Positions 17,510 through 26,963 of a stretch of 64,000 bases of DNA are shown piece by piece. The position numbers and the translations under genes are program-made. This DNA is from Candidatus Saccharimonadota bacterium (GTDB taxonomy: Bacteria; Patescibacteriota; Saccharimonadia; Saccharimonadales; Saccharimonadaceae). A model generated the notes under the pieces. That model was not told the origin of the DNA and did not search any database. It worked only from the letters and a program-made list of their open reading frames with translations. The DNA is taken from NCBI GenBank assembly GCA_030528025.1, contig JAUMZP010000002.1, positions 134,930 through 198,929 of the forward strand, read 5' to 3'. The first letter of the stretch is position 1, and the number at the start of each line of letters is the position of its first letter.

Positions 17510-19153
17510 TTATGCTGATTCTGCGTGGAGACGCCACTGCTCTTCGGCGGCTTCTTGCTTCTCGACAAAGTTATAGAGGCATTTGCTGACAGTACTTTCG
17601 AGTGTGTTAAGATTCTCAACTTGCTGGTCGAGCGCCTTTATTGGCGACGTTGCTTCGCGCGCAGTTGCTTCTTGCAAAAAGCGAAATACGTCATAGTCAT
17701 AACCGATACATTCGAAATAAAGCGTTGCAAGCTCGCTGTTTGGGTTGTCGCGAAATTGCTGTGCAACCCACTGTTTGACTCGCTCGGCCTCTCCTAGCTC
17801 ATCTTTGAGCAAAAGCACATAGAAATGGATTTCCTCTATCTCATCTGTTTGGTAGAAATAATAATTCACTCTATCCCAGGCAGCCTTCCGAGCGACCGCT
17901 TGCTCGCCATGCTTGGCGCAGAGACTTACAATATAGTAGTCGTCAAACAATTGTGAAGAAGATTGCCCTGCTGGATGCTTGGTGATGATGGTAATGTAAG
18001 CATCACGGATCCGCTGATCGAAGATAAAGCGCCGGTCGTTCAAGGAATTAACAACAGGGTGGAGTGTATACTCTTCATCCTCGGGTGCAATAACATAAGT
18101 AGAGGCGCGGGCTTGGCGTGTGCCGTCTGGATCCTTACCATGTATGACATACTCGGCATCAATTTCTGCCCTGATATAGGGGCTGATGACATACTGCTCG
18201 AGTTGCTGTGCCTTCGCTACACCATCATCATCGAATTCGAGAAGGAGTTCGATGATCGTACGCATTTCTCGCTGAGCTGATGAAATATATTGACTGACTT
18301 CTCGATCTTGCGAGGGTGTTGTTGTCGCAGGGTTATATCTAAAGTGCCGATAGGCCATTTCTTGGCAAAGGCTCGCAATCGTGCAAATGCGAGTAAAATC
18401 ATGAGCATCTTGAGTGCGCAAGTGGAGGGTATCGGCATCGCCGAGAAGGTGATAAAAAGGCCAATCGATATCATTGCGCTGCATATCTCTGGCGGCAGCA
18501 ATACGAGCATTGAGCGATTCGCGTAGCTCCTGCAAGCGGGCTGCTCCATCTGGTGCATCACCCATTTTGATATACTCACGGTATCGCTGATGAAAGAGCT
18601 CCTGTGGCTCAAGATCGGCAGGGATGGTCTGGAGTGACACAGCGCCAGACTCATCGCGCTGGAGCTCAAGAGTGCTCGACCGCATTGCTTGTGTTGGCTG
18701 CGAATTTGGCATAATGACATCTAGAAACTCCCAGACGTCTTGCTTAATCTTGGGGAGTTTTGCAGCAAGACCGGGGATATCTTTGCTAATCTTCTGCAGG
18801 TCGCGTAGGAGATCGGTTGCGAAGCGTCTACACTCGGTTATAGTCTGCTCATCAAAATAACTATCAGAGTAGGGATCACAATTAGACTGGCGTAGAGCAG
18901 TGGTGAGTCTAGCAACTATCTTCCATATATTGATATCCCAGAGCATTTCATCCTCTGCTACCGTCTGCTCGAGCAAATCCCGATCAAGCAGCTGCTCGCG
19001 GTACTCTGCGATGTAGTAGTCGATCATTGCTTTTATCTTGACTGGGTCGATTGGGAGCTGGCTTGCCTGTAGCCTTTGTTGCTGGGTAACAGTGGTATCA
19101 TCTGGAGAATTTGTCATAATATATACCATAGTGGAGGAAGAGGGAGTTGTCAA
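17510..19153 (-). CDS. Hypothetical cytoplasmic protein (547 aa, acidic)
   Basis: Long uninterrupted ORF with no confidently recognisable domain. Alternative starts lie at 19129 and 19117. Confidence 0.5.
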   Translation of the reverse strand: MTTPSSSTMVYIMTNSPDDTTVTQQQRLQASQLPIDPVKIKAMIDYYIAEYREQLLDRDLLEQTVAEDEMLWDINIWKIVARLTTALRQSNCDPYSDSYFDEQTITECRRFATDLLRDLQKISKDIPGLAAKLPKIKQDVWEFLDVIMPNSQPTQAMRSSTLELQRDESGAVSLQTIPADLEPQELFHQRYREYIKMGDAPDGAARLQELRESLNARIAAARDMQRNDIDWPFYHLLGDADTLHLRTQDAHDFTRICTIASLCQEMAYRHFRYNPATTTPSQDREVSQYISSAQREMRTIIELLLEFDDDGVAKAQQLEQYVISPYIRAEIDAEYVIHGKDPDGTRQARASTYVIAPEDEEYTLHPVVNSLNDRRFIFDQRIRDAYITIITKHPAGQSSSQLFDDYYIVSLCAKHGEQAVARKAAWDRVNYYFYQTDEIEEIHFYVLLLKDELGEAERVKQWVAQQFRDNPNSELATLYFECIGYDYDVFRFLQEATAREATSPIKALDQQVENLNTLESTVSKCLYNFVEKQEAAEEQWRLHAESA

Positions 19154-19295
19154 TCAAAAGAAACCTCATCCTTCCAGAATCTAGCTTTGTCACATTCTCG
19201 GAGTGGACGCGATAACTACAGAGGTTTAAAGAGAAAACAAAAGATGGCCTCATCAAGAGAAGAAACAACACGCGTTTATTTGCTATACTAAAACA

Positions 19296-20033
19296 ATGGC
19301 AAAATCAAAGAAATGGACGAAGAAGCTAACACGTTGGGTGCAGAGCAATCGCTGGGGGCTTATGAGTGCAGCGCTGGTACTTGTGCTCGTAGGTGGTGTG
19401 TATCTCGCGTGGCAGCATGGTATGTTGGCACGGTTTATCAAAACACCGCAGGACACTGCAAATGTAGCACTCACGAGCCAAGATAACACCTTGCCTGCCT
19501 GGATGCCAGATACCGTTAAGCGCTGGCAGGGTGAGATTACCAAGCAGGCCCGGCAGTACAGTATTTCGCCGCAGCTGGTGGCGATTATCATGACGCTGGA
19601 ATCCGGTGGTTACCCCAAGGCGCATAGTGGTGTGGCGAGTGGTTTGATGCAGGTGACGGATAGCACAGGCAAGGAGATTGCCGCTAAGTTTGTTCGGCCA
19701 GCTCGTACTCAGTACGATCTGTATGACCCAGCAACGAGCATCGCCTTTGGCGCGGCCTACCTAGCGCATTTACGCGATCAGCTGTGTGTGCCGCTCGGCA
19801 ATCTATCCGAGAATGAGTGCGTTGAGCTTGTTGCTGCTGGCTACAATGGTGGCCCGGGTGCAGCGGGTAACCTATACCGTGGCCGTGGGCTGGAAGCGAT
19901 CGAGACTCTCAGTTACAGCCGCGATGCCATGAACCTGTGGCGTGAGCGAGTAAGCGGCAGTAGCCCCACCTATACACGCTGGTTTGAGCGTGGCGGCAAG
20001 AAGCTGGTAGAGAAGGCGCAGACAGGCAACTAA
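19296..20033 (+). CDS. Membrane-anchored lytic transglycosylase (SLT domain)
   Basis: N-terminal TM, then the SLT catalytic motif 'ESGGYPKAHSGVASGLMQV' and 'AYNGGPG'. Confidence 0.75.
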   Translation: MAKSKKWTKKLTRWVQSNRWGLMSAALVLVLVGGVYLAWQHGMLARFIKTPQDTANVALTSQDNTLPAWMPDTVKRWQGEITKQARQYSISPQLVAIIMTLESGGYPKAHSGVASGLMQVTDSTGKEIAAKFVRPARTQYDLYDPATSIAFGAAYLAHLRDQLCVPLGNLSENECVELVAAGYNGGPGAAGNLYRGRGLEAIETLSYSRDAMNLWRERVSGSSPTYTRWFERGGKKLVEKAQTGN

Positions 20034-20477
20034 GGATCGTTAGTACTGATATAGATTCTGGTATTTTGCTTGGTTATTTCTCTGAATTCATTTCTCTAGG
20101 AGTTGCCGGTTTATCCTTTTCATATGGAGGGAGCGGGAAGCCGTGCCAGTATATCGTTCGTGCGGTGTCTATGAAACCTTTTGTTCTTTCGGCTAGCTCT
20201 AGAAATTTCGCGCCGAATTTTTGCCGCAAGGTTGCTGTCTGTTTGCTTTCATGTGCTTGATCGCTTGGTCGGTGTTGAGTTTTCTCGTAGCCTATCATAA
20301 AATCTCCGTACTAGTACTACTAAAACTACCGTACTATATTTCTATGATATTATGCAAATAAGAATAGACCCCGCTCACTATATTCATCACAATTCGTCCT
20401 TGCTTAACTACGACCCTGCGGCTTATATATCAGGCTATAAATCCACCGCACCATACCTCGCGCCTGCTGGCAAATTC

Positions 20478-20486
20478 TGCTACACT
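20478..20486 (+). promoter_or_regulatory. Extended -10-like box TGCTACACT, 7 nt upstream of the nrnA start
   Basis: TGnTAcAcT. ATG at 20494. Confidence 0.35.
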
Positions 20487-20493
20487 AAAGAGG

Positions 20494-21498
20494 ATGTTTG
20501 ACGAAGTGATACGCGCGGTTCAATGCGCAGACAAAATTATTATTATCCAAGCTGAAAACCCCGATGGCGACAGTGTCGGCAGTAGCCTCGCGCTGGAGGA
20601 GATCCTGGGCGATTTGGGCAAGCAGGTGACGCTCTATTGCCCGGTGGCAGTGCCCAAATATTTGCGGTATATTCGCGGCTGGGATCGCATTACTGATGAG
20701 TTTGACAGCAGTGCTGAGCTGGCGATTATTGTTGATACCAGTGCAGATATCTTGCTCAGTAAGGTGCTCGAAGCACCGAGTGCTCACGCCTTCCTTACGA
20801 CGCACCCAGTGCTCGTGCTGGACCACCACGCGACGGAGAGTACCCTAAGCTTTGACCATACACTTATCAATCAAGATGTGGTGGCGACTGGTGAGCTCAT
20901 CTACAATCTTGCACAGCATGCTCAGTGGGCGATCAACCCACAAGCGGCAGAGAATCTCCTCATCGCGATCATGAGCGATAGCCTGGGCCTAACAACGCAA
21001 AACACCACAGCCAACTCCATCCAGACCGTCGCAGAGCTGACCCGGCTGGGCGCAAGCAATGCCGCCATTGAGGTGCGCCGCCGTGACTTTATGAAAAAAG
21101 CGCCAGAGATCCTTAGCTACAAAGGGCGCTTGATCGAGCGGATCGAGTATATGCTAGATGGCCGCTTGGCACTTATTCATATCCCGTGGGAGGAGATCCA
21201 GGAATATAGCGACCAATATAACCCCAGTATGCTTGTGCTAGACGAGATGCGCCTGGTGGAAGGGGTAGATGTGGCGATTGCTATCAAGACCTACCCCGAT
21301 GGCAAGCTGACTGGCAAGATCCGTAGCAATGCGCCAGTAGCGGCAATGATCGCTGGCTACTTTGGTGGTGGTGGCCATGCCTATGCAGCGGGTTGGCGGA
21401 TGTATGAGGATTACCAGCTAGCGATGCGCGAGATCGTCGAGGCAGCCAGCCGGGCCTTCGTTGAGTATGATGAGAGCGAGGCAGCCCATGGCGATTAA
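20494..21498 (+). CDS. nrnA: DHH/DHHA1 phosphoesterase, NrnA-like bifunctional oligoribonuclease/pAp phosphatase
   Basis: 'ENPDGDSVGSSLAL', 'VLVLDHHATE' (the DHH motif) and 'GGGGHAYAAG' (DHHA1). Confidence 0.8.
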   Translation: MFDEVIRAVQCADKIIIIQAENPDGDSVGSSLALEEILGDLGKQVTLYCPVAVPKYLRYIRGWDRITDEFDSSAELAIIVDTSADILLSKVLEAPSAHAFLTTHPVLVLDHHATESTLSFDHTLINQDVVATGELIYNLAQHAQWAINPQAAENLLIAIMSDSLGLTTQNTTANSIQTVAELTRLGASNAAIEVRRRDFMKKAPEILSYKGRLIERIEYMLDGRLALIHIPWEEIQEYSDQYNPSMLVLDEMRLVEGVDVAIAIKTYPDGKLTGKIRSNAPVAAMIAGYFGGGGHAYAAGWRMYEDYQLAMREIVEAASRAFVEYDESEAAHGD

Positions 21499-22966
21499 GT
21501 TTGCTAATACACTGACTCGTCACCTCGATACATTTGTACCGCTCCAGCCTGGCAAGGTGTCGCTCTACACCTGTGGGCCAACGGTGTATAGCTATTTGCA
21601 TGTTGGCAACTGGGCGGCGTATATCTACTGGGATATCCTGGTGCGCATGCTTCAGGCGGAGAGCTATGAGGTGGAGCGTGTGATGAATATCACCGATGTT
21701 GGCCACCTGACGAGTGATGCCGATGAAGGTGAAGATAAGCTCGAGAAGGGTGCACGCCGTGAGGGCAAGACCGCCTGGCAGATTGCTAAATTCTACGCCG
21801 ATGACTTCATCCGCGGGATGAACGCGTTGCACTTAACACCGCCGAGTCAGCTGGCCCGTGCCACCGACTATATTGACGAGCAAATCCAGCTTGCTATTAC
21901 TCTCAAGCGTAAGGGGCACACCTACCAGACGAGTGATGGGATTTATTTTGATACCAGTACCTTCCCGGCCTATGCAGACTTTGCCCGGCTCGATCTGCGA
22001 GCCTTGCGGGCGGGGGCACGGATTGGTCCCAATAGCGAGAAGCGCCACGCGAGCGATTTTGCCCTATGGAAGTTCTCGCCAGCTGGCGTCAAACGCGACA
22101 TGGAGTGGCCCACGCCACCGGAGCTGCTCGACCAGCTATCAACTGACGGCGCGCCAGTGATGGGCTTCCCGGGGTGGCACTTGGAATGCTCGGCGATTGC
22201 AATGCACTTCCTTGGCGCGACGCTCGACGTCCACACTGGTGGGATCGATCATATCCCTGTACACCACAGCAACGAGATTGCTCAGAGCGAGGCTGCGACG
22301 GGCCAACCCTTTGCCCACTACTGGCTGCACTGTAACCACCTCAAGGTTAATGGCACGAAGATCAGCAAGAGCCTGGGCAATGGTTATACCTTGACCGACC
22401 TCGCTGAGCGGGGCTACACCCCCATGGAGTACAAGTTATTCGTCTTACAGAGCCACTACTCGCACGAGGGGAACTTTAGCTGGGAAAACCTCAGTGCAGC
22501 GCGCAACCGCCTGCGCAAGTGGTATGAAGTAGCGTGCCTGCGCCACCAGACGTATGAGAGTCTGGATGATGACCAGCGTAAGAGTGACAAACAATCGAGC
22601 CATGTGTCACTCCTGGCAGCAAGTGGGGTAGTGCGCGAGGCGCTCGCAAATGACCTTAATACCCCCGAGGCGCTGCGGCTCATCGATGAAGCATTTGATC
22701 GGGTGCTCGCGCGGCCACTGGCAGCAGTGTATCATCGTGGATTGGAGGAGCTGCTGGTGGCGATCGATCAGCTACTTGGTCTCGATCTCTGTGAGTCAAC
22801 GCCAGACATTACTGATGAGGCAAAGCAGCTCATCCTCCAACGCCAGCATGCTCGCGAAGCCCGCGATTGGCCCACAGCCGATCGCTTACGCACCGAGCTT
22901 GCCGCGCAACACATCGCCGTGCGTGACACACCGCAAGGGCCAGTGTGGTGGTGGGCAGAGAAATAA
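21488..22966 (+). CDS. cysS: Cysteine--tRNA ligase
   Basis: 'YTCGPTVYSYLHVGN' (HIGH), 'KISKSLGN' (KMSKS) and the Zn-binding Cys. It overlaps the nrnA stop by 11 nt. Confidence 0.92.
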   Translation: MAIKFANTLTRHLDTFVPLQPGKVSLYTCGPTVYSYLHVGNWAAYIYWDILVRMLQAESYEVERVMNITDVGHLTSDADEGEDKLEKGARREGKTAWQIAKFYADDFIRGMNALHLTPPSQLARATDYIDEQIQLAITLKRKGHTYQTSDGIYFDTSTFPAYADFARLDLRALRAGARIGPNSEKRHASDFALWKFSPAGVKRDMEWPTPPELLDQLSTDGAPVMGFPGWHLECSAIAMHFLGATLDVHTGGIDHIPVHHSNEIAQSEAATGQPFAHYWLHCNHLKVNGTKISKSLGNGYTLTDLAERGYTPMEYKLFVLQSHYSHEGNFSWENLSAARNRLRKWYEVACLRHQTYESLDDDQRKSDKQSSHVSLLAASGVVREALANDLNTPEALRLIDEAFDRVLARPLAAVYHRGLEELLVAIDQLLGLDLCESTPDITDEAKQLILQRQHAREARDWPTADRLRTELAAQHIAVRDTPQGPVWWWAEK

Positions 22967-22967
22967 T

Positions 22968-23693
22968 ATGCGCGAAACTCTATCAGGAGAGACTGCCACA
23001 CCACAGACAGAGCAAGAAGCATCACAATCAGGTCAGAAGATTGCCGCTTTAAACACGGTGTATGATGCAGTGCGGTGCAGAGCATACGAGAATAGCGAAT
23101 ATAGCAATCATGATATCAACGAAGTGACTATTATACTAGGCGACCTCATCGTGTGTGAAGCGTACCTCAGTGCTGGGCTGCCACCTGAGGATCTACCACT
23201 GACTGAGCGGACGGGCTATGACATAGGCAAAACTCTACCCAAGAATATCGACCTTGCCATCGCAGCGTACCTGCCAGACTATGCCAAGAAGCTGCCAGAC
23301 CTTGGCTACAACGGTAGCGGGTTGGCTGTGGGTTACGATGAGTATAATGTACCTGAGGAGATATCTGACGAAGAATGGCAAACATTGGAGCTAGATATGC
23401 CTGATGAGCCGATGGTAGCAGCGTCGCTTGTTGATCCGCTACGTGCGCTGGTGCTGATGCATCATTATTACAAGCTAGTCGTTGCGCCGATTGAATATGG
23501 TAGTAAGGGTAAACCGTACTACGATTGGTCGTCGCCCGATACACTCAAGACAACAGGAGTTATTGCACCAGTTGTGCAGCTATGTATGCGAGGCCAAAAG
23601 GTGGTGCACCGCTGCATACCGAGAGAGTATTATGACGCGATGAATCACGCACAGGGCAGTAGTGTGATAGCACAAAATGGCGATGGTGTATAG
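22968..23693 (+). CDS. Hypothetical acidic protein (241 aa), translationally coupled to cysS (TAATATG)
   Basis: Its ATG is 2 nt after the cysS stop. No recognisable motif. Confidence 0.5.
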   Translation: MRETLSGETATPQTEQEASQSGQKIAALNTVYDAVRCRAYENSEYSNHDINEVTIILGDLIVCEAYLSAGLPPEDLPLTERTGYDIGKTLPKNIDLAIAAYLPDYAKKLPDLGYNGSGLAVGYDEYNVPEEISDEEWQTLELDMPDEPMVAASLVDPLRALVLMHHYYKLVVAPIEYGSKGKPYYDWSSPDTLKTTGVIAPVVQLCMRGQKVVHRCIPREYYDAMNHAQGSSVIAQNGDGV

Positions 23694-23703
23694 GATATGA
23701 TGG

Positions 23704-23712
23704 TGGTATAAT
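23704..23712 (+). promoter_or_regulatory. Extended -10 box TGGTATAAT, 9 nt upstream of the ATG at 23722 (leaderless)
   Basis: TGnTATAAT. Confidence 0.45.
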
Positions 23713-23721
23713 ACTATCATC

Positions 23722-24189
23722 ATGACATGGAACAGCATTACCCCACAAAAATTTGTCGACCTTGTAAATTACTGGGTCAACCAAGATTGGCCACTCACAG
23801 AAGACAAGTTGGCAGCGGCTATGGAAAAACTAGGTTGGGATGAAAGTGATCCAAGTACTATCGTAAAGGATATTCCAGTTAGTCAACCGAGACTGAGGGC
23901 AACCACATCCGATCCGGTTAGAGGGCTTGACATGATCTCATGGAGTTTAACAGATATTGATACAACAAAATCAATTGAACAAGACAGATTTATGAACGAC
24001 GCTTTTGTCGGCTACGTAGAAGCAGGGACTGCCGTTTGGGGTAGACCTCGAATCAAGCGTGATGCTGAGCGTGAAATTGCACACTGGAAGACAGAGAATG
24101 GCTGTGAGTTTCAAATATCCAATCGGCGTTCAGCTATCGCAGTATATATCCATTCCCCACAGTATGCGAATGTATTGAATAGCATTTAA
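23722..24189 (+). CDS. Hypothetical protein (155 aa)
   Basis: ORF with coding-like composition, Trp-rich N-terminus 'MTWNSITPQKFVDLVNYWVNQDWPLTEDKL', no assignable family. Confidence 0.5.
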   Translation: MTWNSITPQKFVDLVNYWVNQDWPLTEDKLAAAMEKLGWDESDPSTIVKDIPVSQPRLRATTSDPVRGLDMISWSLTDIDTTKSIEQDRFMNDAFVGYVEAGTAVWGRPRIKRDAEREIAHWKTENGCEFQISNRRSAIAVYIHSPQYANVLNSI

Positions 24190-24204
24190 CATGGCGGTTT
24201 CAAC

Positions 24205-24726
24205 ATGCACCAATTTTCCTGGTTACAGTTCGAGAATAGACTGGCGCGCACACTCATGCGCGCTGGCGATCGAGTACACATTGTACTGATCTCCGAAGTG
24301 TCTACAGAATATATGACACAGTACCTTCATTACGCCGTTAGCGACAGGGCGATTGTCTGTGAACTGCGTCTTTCTCCACAGACGCAGAATGTATCAGGTG
24401 TGCACAAGTCCAGTGATATCCGCACTATAGTCAATCAAGGGTGGCAGCAGAGTAATGAAAATGAAGCTTACTCGCGTCATCTCCTGCTGCCGACGTATAG
24501 TTCGGCGTATGTCTCACTCGCGGCACAATCGATCCACATTTTGCGTGACATCCTTCGGGCCAGCGAACCAACTTCATTGACTTACTACGCATGGCGTGCT
24601 CCTGAAGAACTAGAAGATGGTCGTTACTACTCCGCAGAAGAGGTAGATGAACTAGACGAAGGTGAGGATCCGCTTGAGGTTGATTTGGGGATTGAGATGA
24701 CGTCGAGGCGACCAGAGTTATTATAG
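24205..24726 (+). CDS. Hypothetical protein (173 aa) with a strongly acidic C-terminus
   Basis: 'EEVDELDEGEDPLEVDLGIEM' tail, no assignable family. Confidence 0.5.
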   Translation: MHQFSWLQFENRLARTLMRAGDRVHIVLISEVSTEYMTQYLHYAVSDRAIVCELRLSPQTQNVSGVHKSSDIRTIVNQGWQQSNENEAYSRHLLLPTYSSAYVSLAAQSIHILRDILRASEPTSLTYYAWRAPEELEDGRYYSAEEVDELDEGEDPLEVDLGIEMTSRRPELL

Positions 24727-24750
24727 ATTATTACATAGCAGGAAAATAAT

Positions 24751-25251
24751 ATGCCAACGAATCCAGACAATAATGCCCAATCAGATAGTCAACGTGAGCT
24801 TGCAGCATACACACAGAAGCATGCACAGTATTTCATCGACTATATGTCGAAAGTGTTGGGACGTGACCTCTATAGTATGCTTGATTATTCAGTAAAGAGC
24901 CTTGCAGTGGTAGATGATGTGCTTGACGTACTCTATCGAGAAGCTGCCGATACTACATCAAAGAACCATACGTTTGTTCTTGAGATAAAAGATGCGGTAG
25001 CGATGGATGCAGGTTGTTATATCCTTGAGGTTGCCAAGCGAAACTTTGGTGGACGCTACGCGTGGATTACTGAGTGGAATGAGCCGACGATCGTGACAGG
25101 AGAGCCAGAGTATAGTGTTTCTCTTGGTGCATGTAGCAAGGCTAAGGGGCGGATTGATAATGGCGATGAGGACAATATTCCCTTCTTCTTCGATGGGTAT
25201 GTCGATAGGGTTACACATCCACGGCCTGGACAGGAAATATTTATTAGTTAG
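24751..25251 (+). CDS. Hypothetical protein (166 aa)
   Basis: ORF with coding-like composition, no assignable family. Confidence 0.5.
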   Translation: MPTNPDNNAQSDSQRELAAYTQKHAQYFIDYMSKVLGRDLYSMLDYSVKSLAVVDDVLDVLYREAADTTSKNHTFVLEIKDAVAMDAGCYILEVAKRNFGGRYAWITEWNEPTIVTGEPEYSVSLGACSKAKGRIDNGDEDNIPFFFDGYVDRVTHPRPGQEIFIS

Positions 25252-25334
25252 AGTGTTTAAATCTCTATTCTTCTCTATCTTGTATGTAGATATATCGTAT
25301 GATTCTTACTGGCGTGGCTCTCGCTGCGAGGTTT

Positions 25335-26468
25335 CTATCCCTCGCCCTTAATCTTTTCCACCAGTTTGGCTAGTGGCTTGGTGGATTCTTCTCGAGCGTG
25401 GGCGTTGTGCTCGAGGTAGTCGTCTAGCAGGACTTTGCAGCAGCCAGCGATAGGGATGGAGATGAGACCGCCGATGATGCCAAAGACGTAGAGGCCGATG
25501 GTGATGGCAACAAGGACGATCAGCGGTGTGAGCTCGATCTTGCGCGACTGGATGGTAGGCGAGATGAAGTTATTCTCGATCTGCTGGTAGATGATGAAAA
25601 ATGCTGCAAAGATGAGGCCGCCCGGCAAAGCATTAAAGCCAAGCAAAAGAGAGATCATCACCCCGGCAATCGTAGCACCAAACATAGGGATGAGTGCTAG
25701 GACGAAGGTGACGGCAATGGTGACGAGCGCAAGGTTGCCTGGAATAGCCGAGAAAAAGAGGCTGAGCACAAAGACCGCTGCACCAGCAAAGAGGGCACCA
25801 ATGCCTGAGATCGTGAGCTGTCCTGTCACATAGCCCGCTACCACAGCGTGCATGCGGTGGGCGACCTTTTGGTGGCGCTCCATCGTGGCTTGGTCGCGGT
25901 AGAGCCCCCAAAAGCGCTCAGCCCAGGCTGGCCCTTCTGTCAGCATCAAGAAGGTGAGGACAAGCACCAAGAACCCCGAACCAACTGCCGAAAAGACAGA
26001 GCTAATACCAGCGAGGAGGTTGCCGCTGAGGCCACGAGTCCATGACTCGACGCTTCCGCGAGCGCTCTCAACTACTTGGTTGACCTGTGCCTGGATATGA
26101 TACTGCTCGGCAAAAGTGCCAAAGCTGTGCCACTGCTCGCCTGCTGTGTGGATCATCCCTGGCAGGGCATCGACAAATTTGCTCGTCTGCTGGACGATAG
26201 GCGGCACCACGAGCACGAGAACCACTCCAAGCAGTGCCACGATGCTAATAAAAGCTAGCGCAGTGCTGAGTGTCCGGCTACGGTTAGGCAGGCGCTCAAC
26301 GATGGCATTGACTGGCCCATTGAGCGCCAACGCGAGGAATCCCGCTGTGCCAATCATAATCAAGGCAGTCTGCGCTAGATAAATCGCGAGAATCGCAAAG
26401 GCAAAACCAATCACCACCAGCCAAAACCGCACAAAAGTCTTCGTATCTATCTCTATCCGTACTCTCAT
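25335..26468 (-). CDS. AI-2E family transporter (PerM/TqsA-like)
   Basis: 377 aa with about 8 TM helices, matching the family's typical length, topology and conserved Gly/Pro-rich helices. Confidence 0.75.
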   Translation of the reverse strand: MRVRIEIDTKTFVRFWLVVIGFAFAILAIYLAQTALIMIGTAGFLALALNGPVNAIVERLPNRSRTLSTALAFISIVALLGVVLVLVVPPIVQQTSKFVDALPGMIHTAGEQWHSFGTFAEQYHIQAQVNQVVESARGSVESWTRGLSGNLLAGISSVFSAVGSGFLVLVLTFLMLTEGPAWAERFWGLYRDQATMERHQKVAHRMHAVVAGYVTGQLTISGIGALFAGAAVFVLSLFFSAIPGNLALVTIAVTFVLALIPMFGATIAGVMISLLLGFNALPGGLIFAAFFIIYQQIENNFISPTIQSRKIELTPLIVLVAITIGLYVFGIIGGLISIPIAGCCKVLLDDYLEHNAHAREESTKPLAKLVEKIKGEG

Positions 26469-26945
26469 ACTCTTTAGTATACCACGATTTGCCGATAGAT
26501 TAGCGGCAAGGATGCAACGGTGGGACGATGCTGACCCTGTGTATTTTTAATCGAGTAAGAAACGATCTAGATGATGCTGACAGTGTATAACGTTTGTCCT
26601 ACATGCTTGTATACCATCAAACAAGATTTATGGGAAAGTATAGCACGCTTTGGCTGTGCTTTGATATTACTCTACAATCACTGTCATCCGCACCATCAAA
26701 CACAGCAAGACAAGTCCTGTGCCAGCCAGCACTGAGACAGCAATAGTCATGCGGTTGGGGTAGTAGTCAATGGTCTTGGGTTGTTCGGCTTGGTGTAATG
26801 AGGAGTGAGCGACTGGTGTACTAGTGCGCTTCGATGATTTTTTGGCTGCTGCCCTAGTTTTGGTTACAGTGGTGTGTGGAGCTTTTGTCATGGCTTTAGT
26901 ATACGCCGATGTGTGGTAATTTGTCCAGAATGCTTATGCTTCTTG

Positions 26946-26954
26946 TGCTATAAT
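26946..26954 (+). promoter_or_regulatory. Extended -10 box TGCTATAAT, 9 nt upstream of the ATPase ATG (leaderless)
   Basis: Exact TGCTATAAT. ATG at 26964. Confidence 0.55.
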
Positions 26955-26963
26955 AGATCTATT

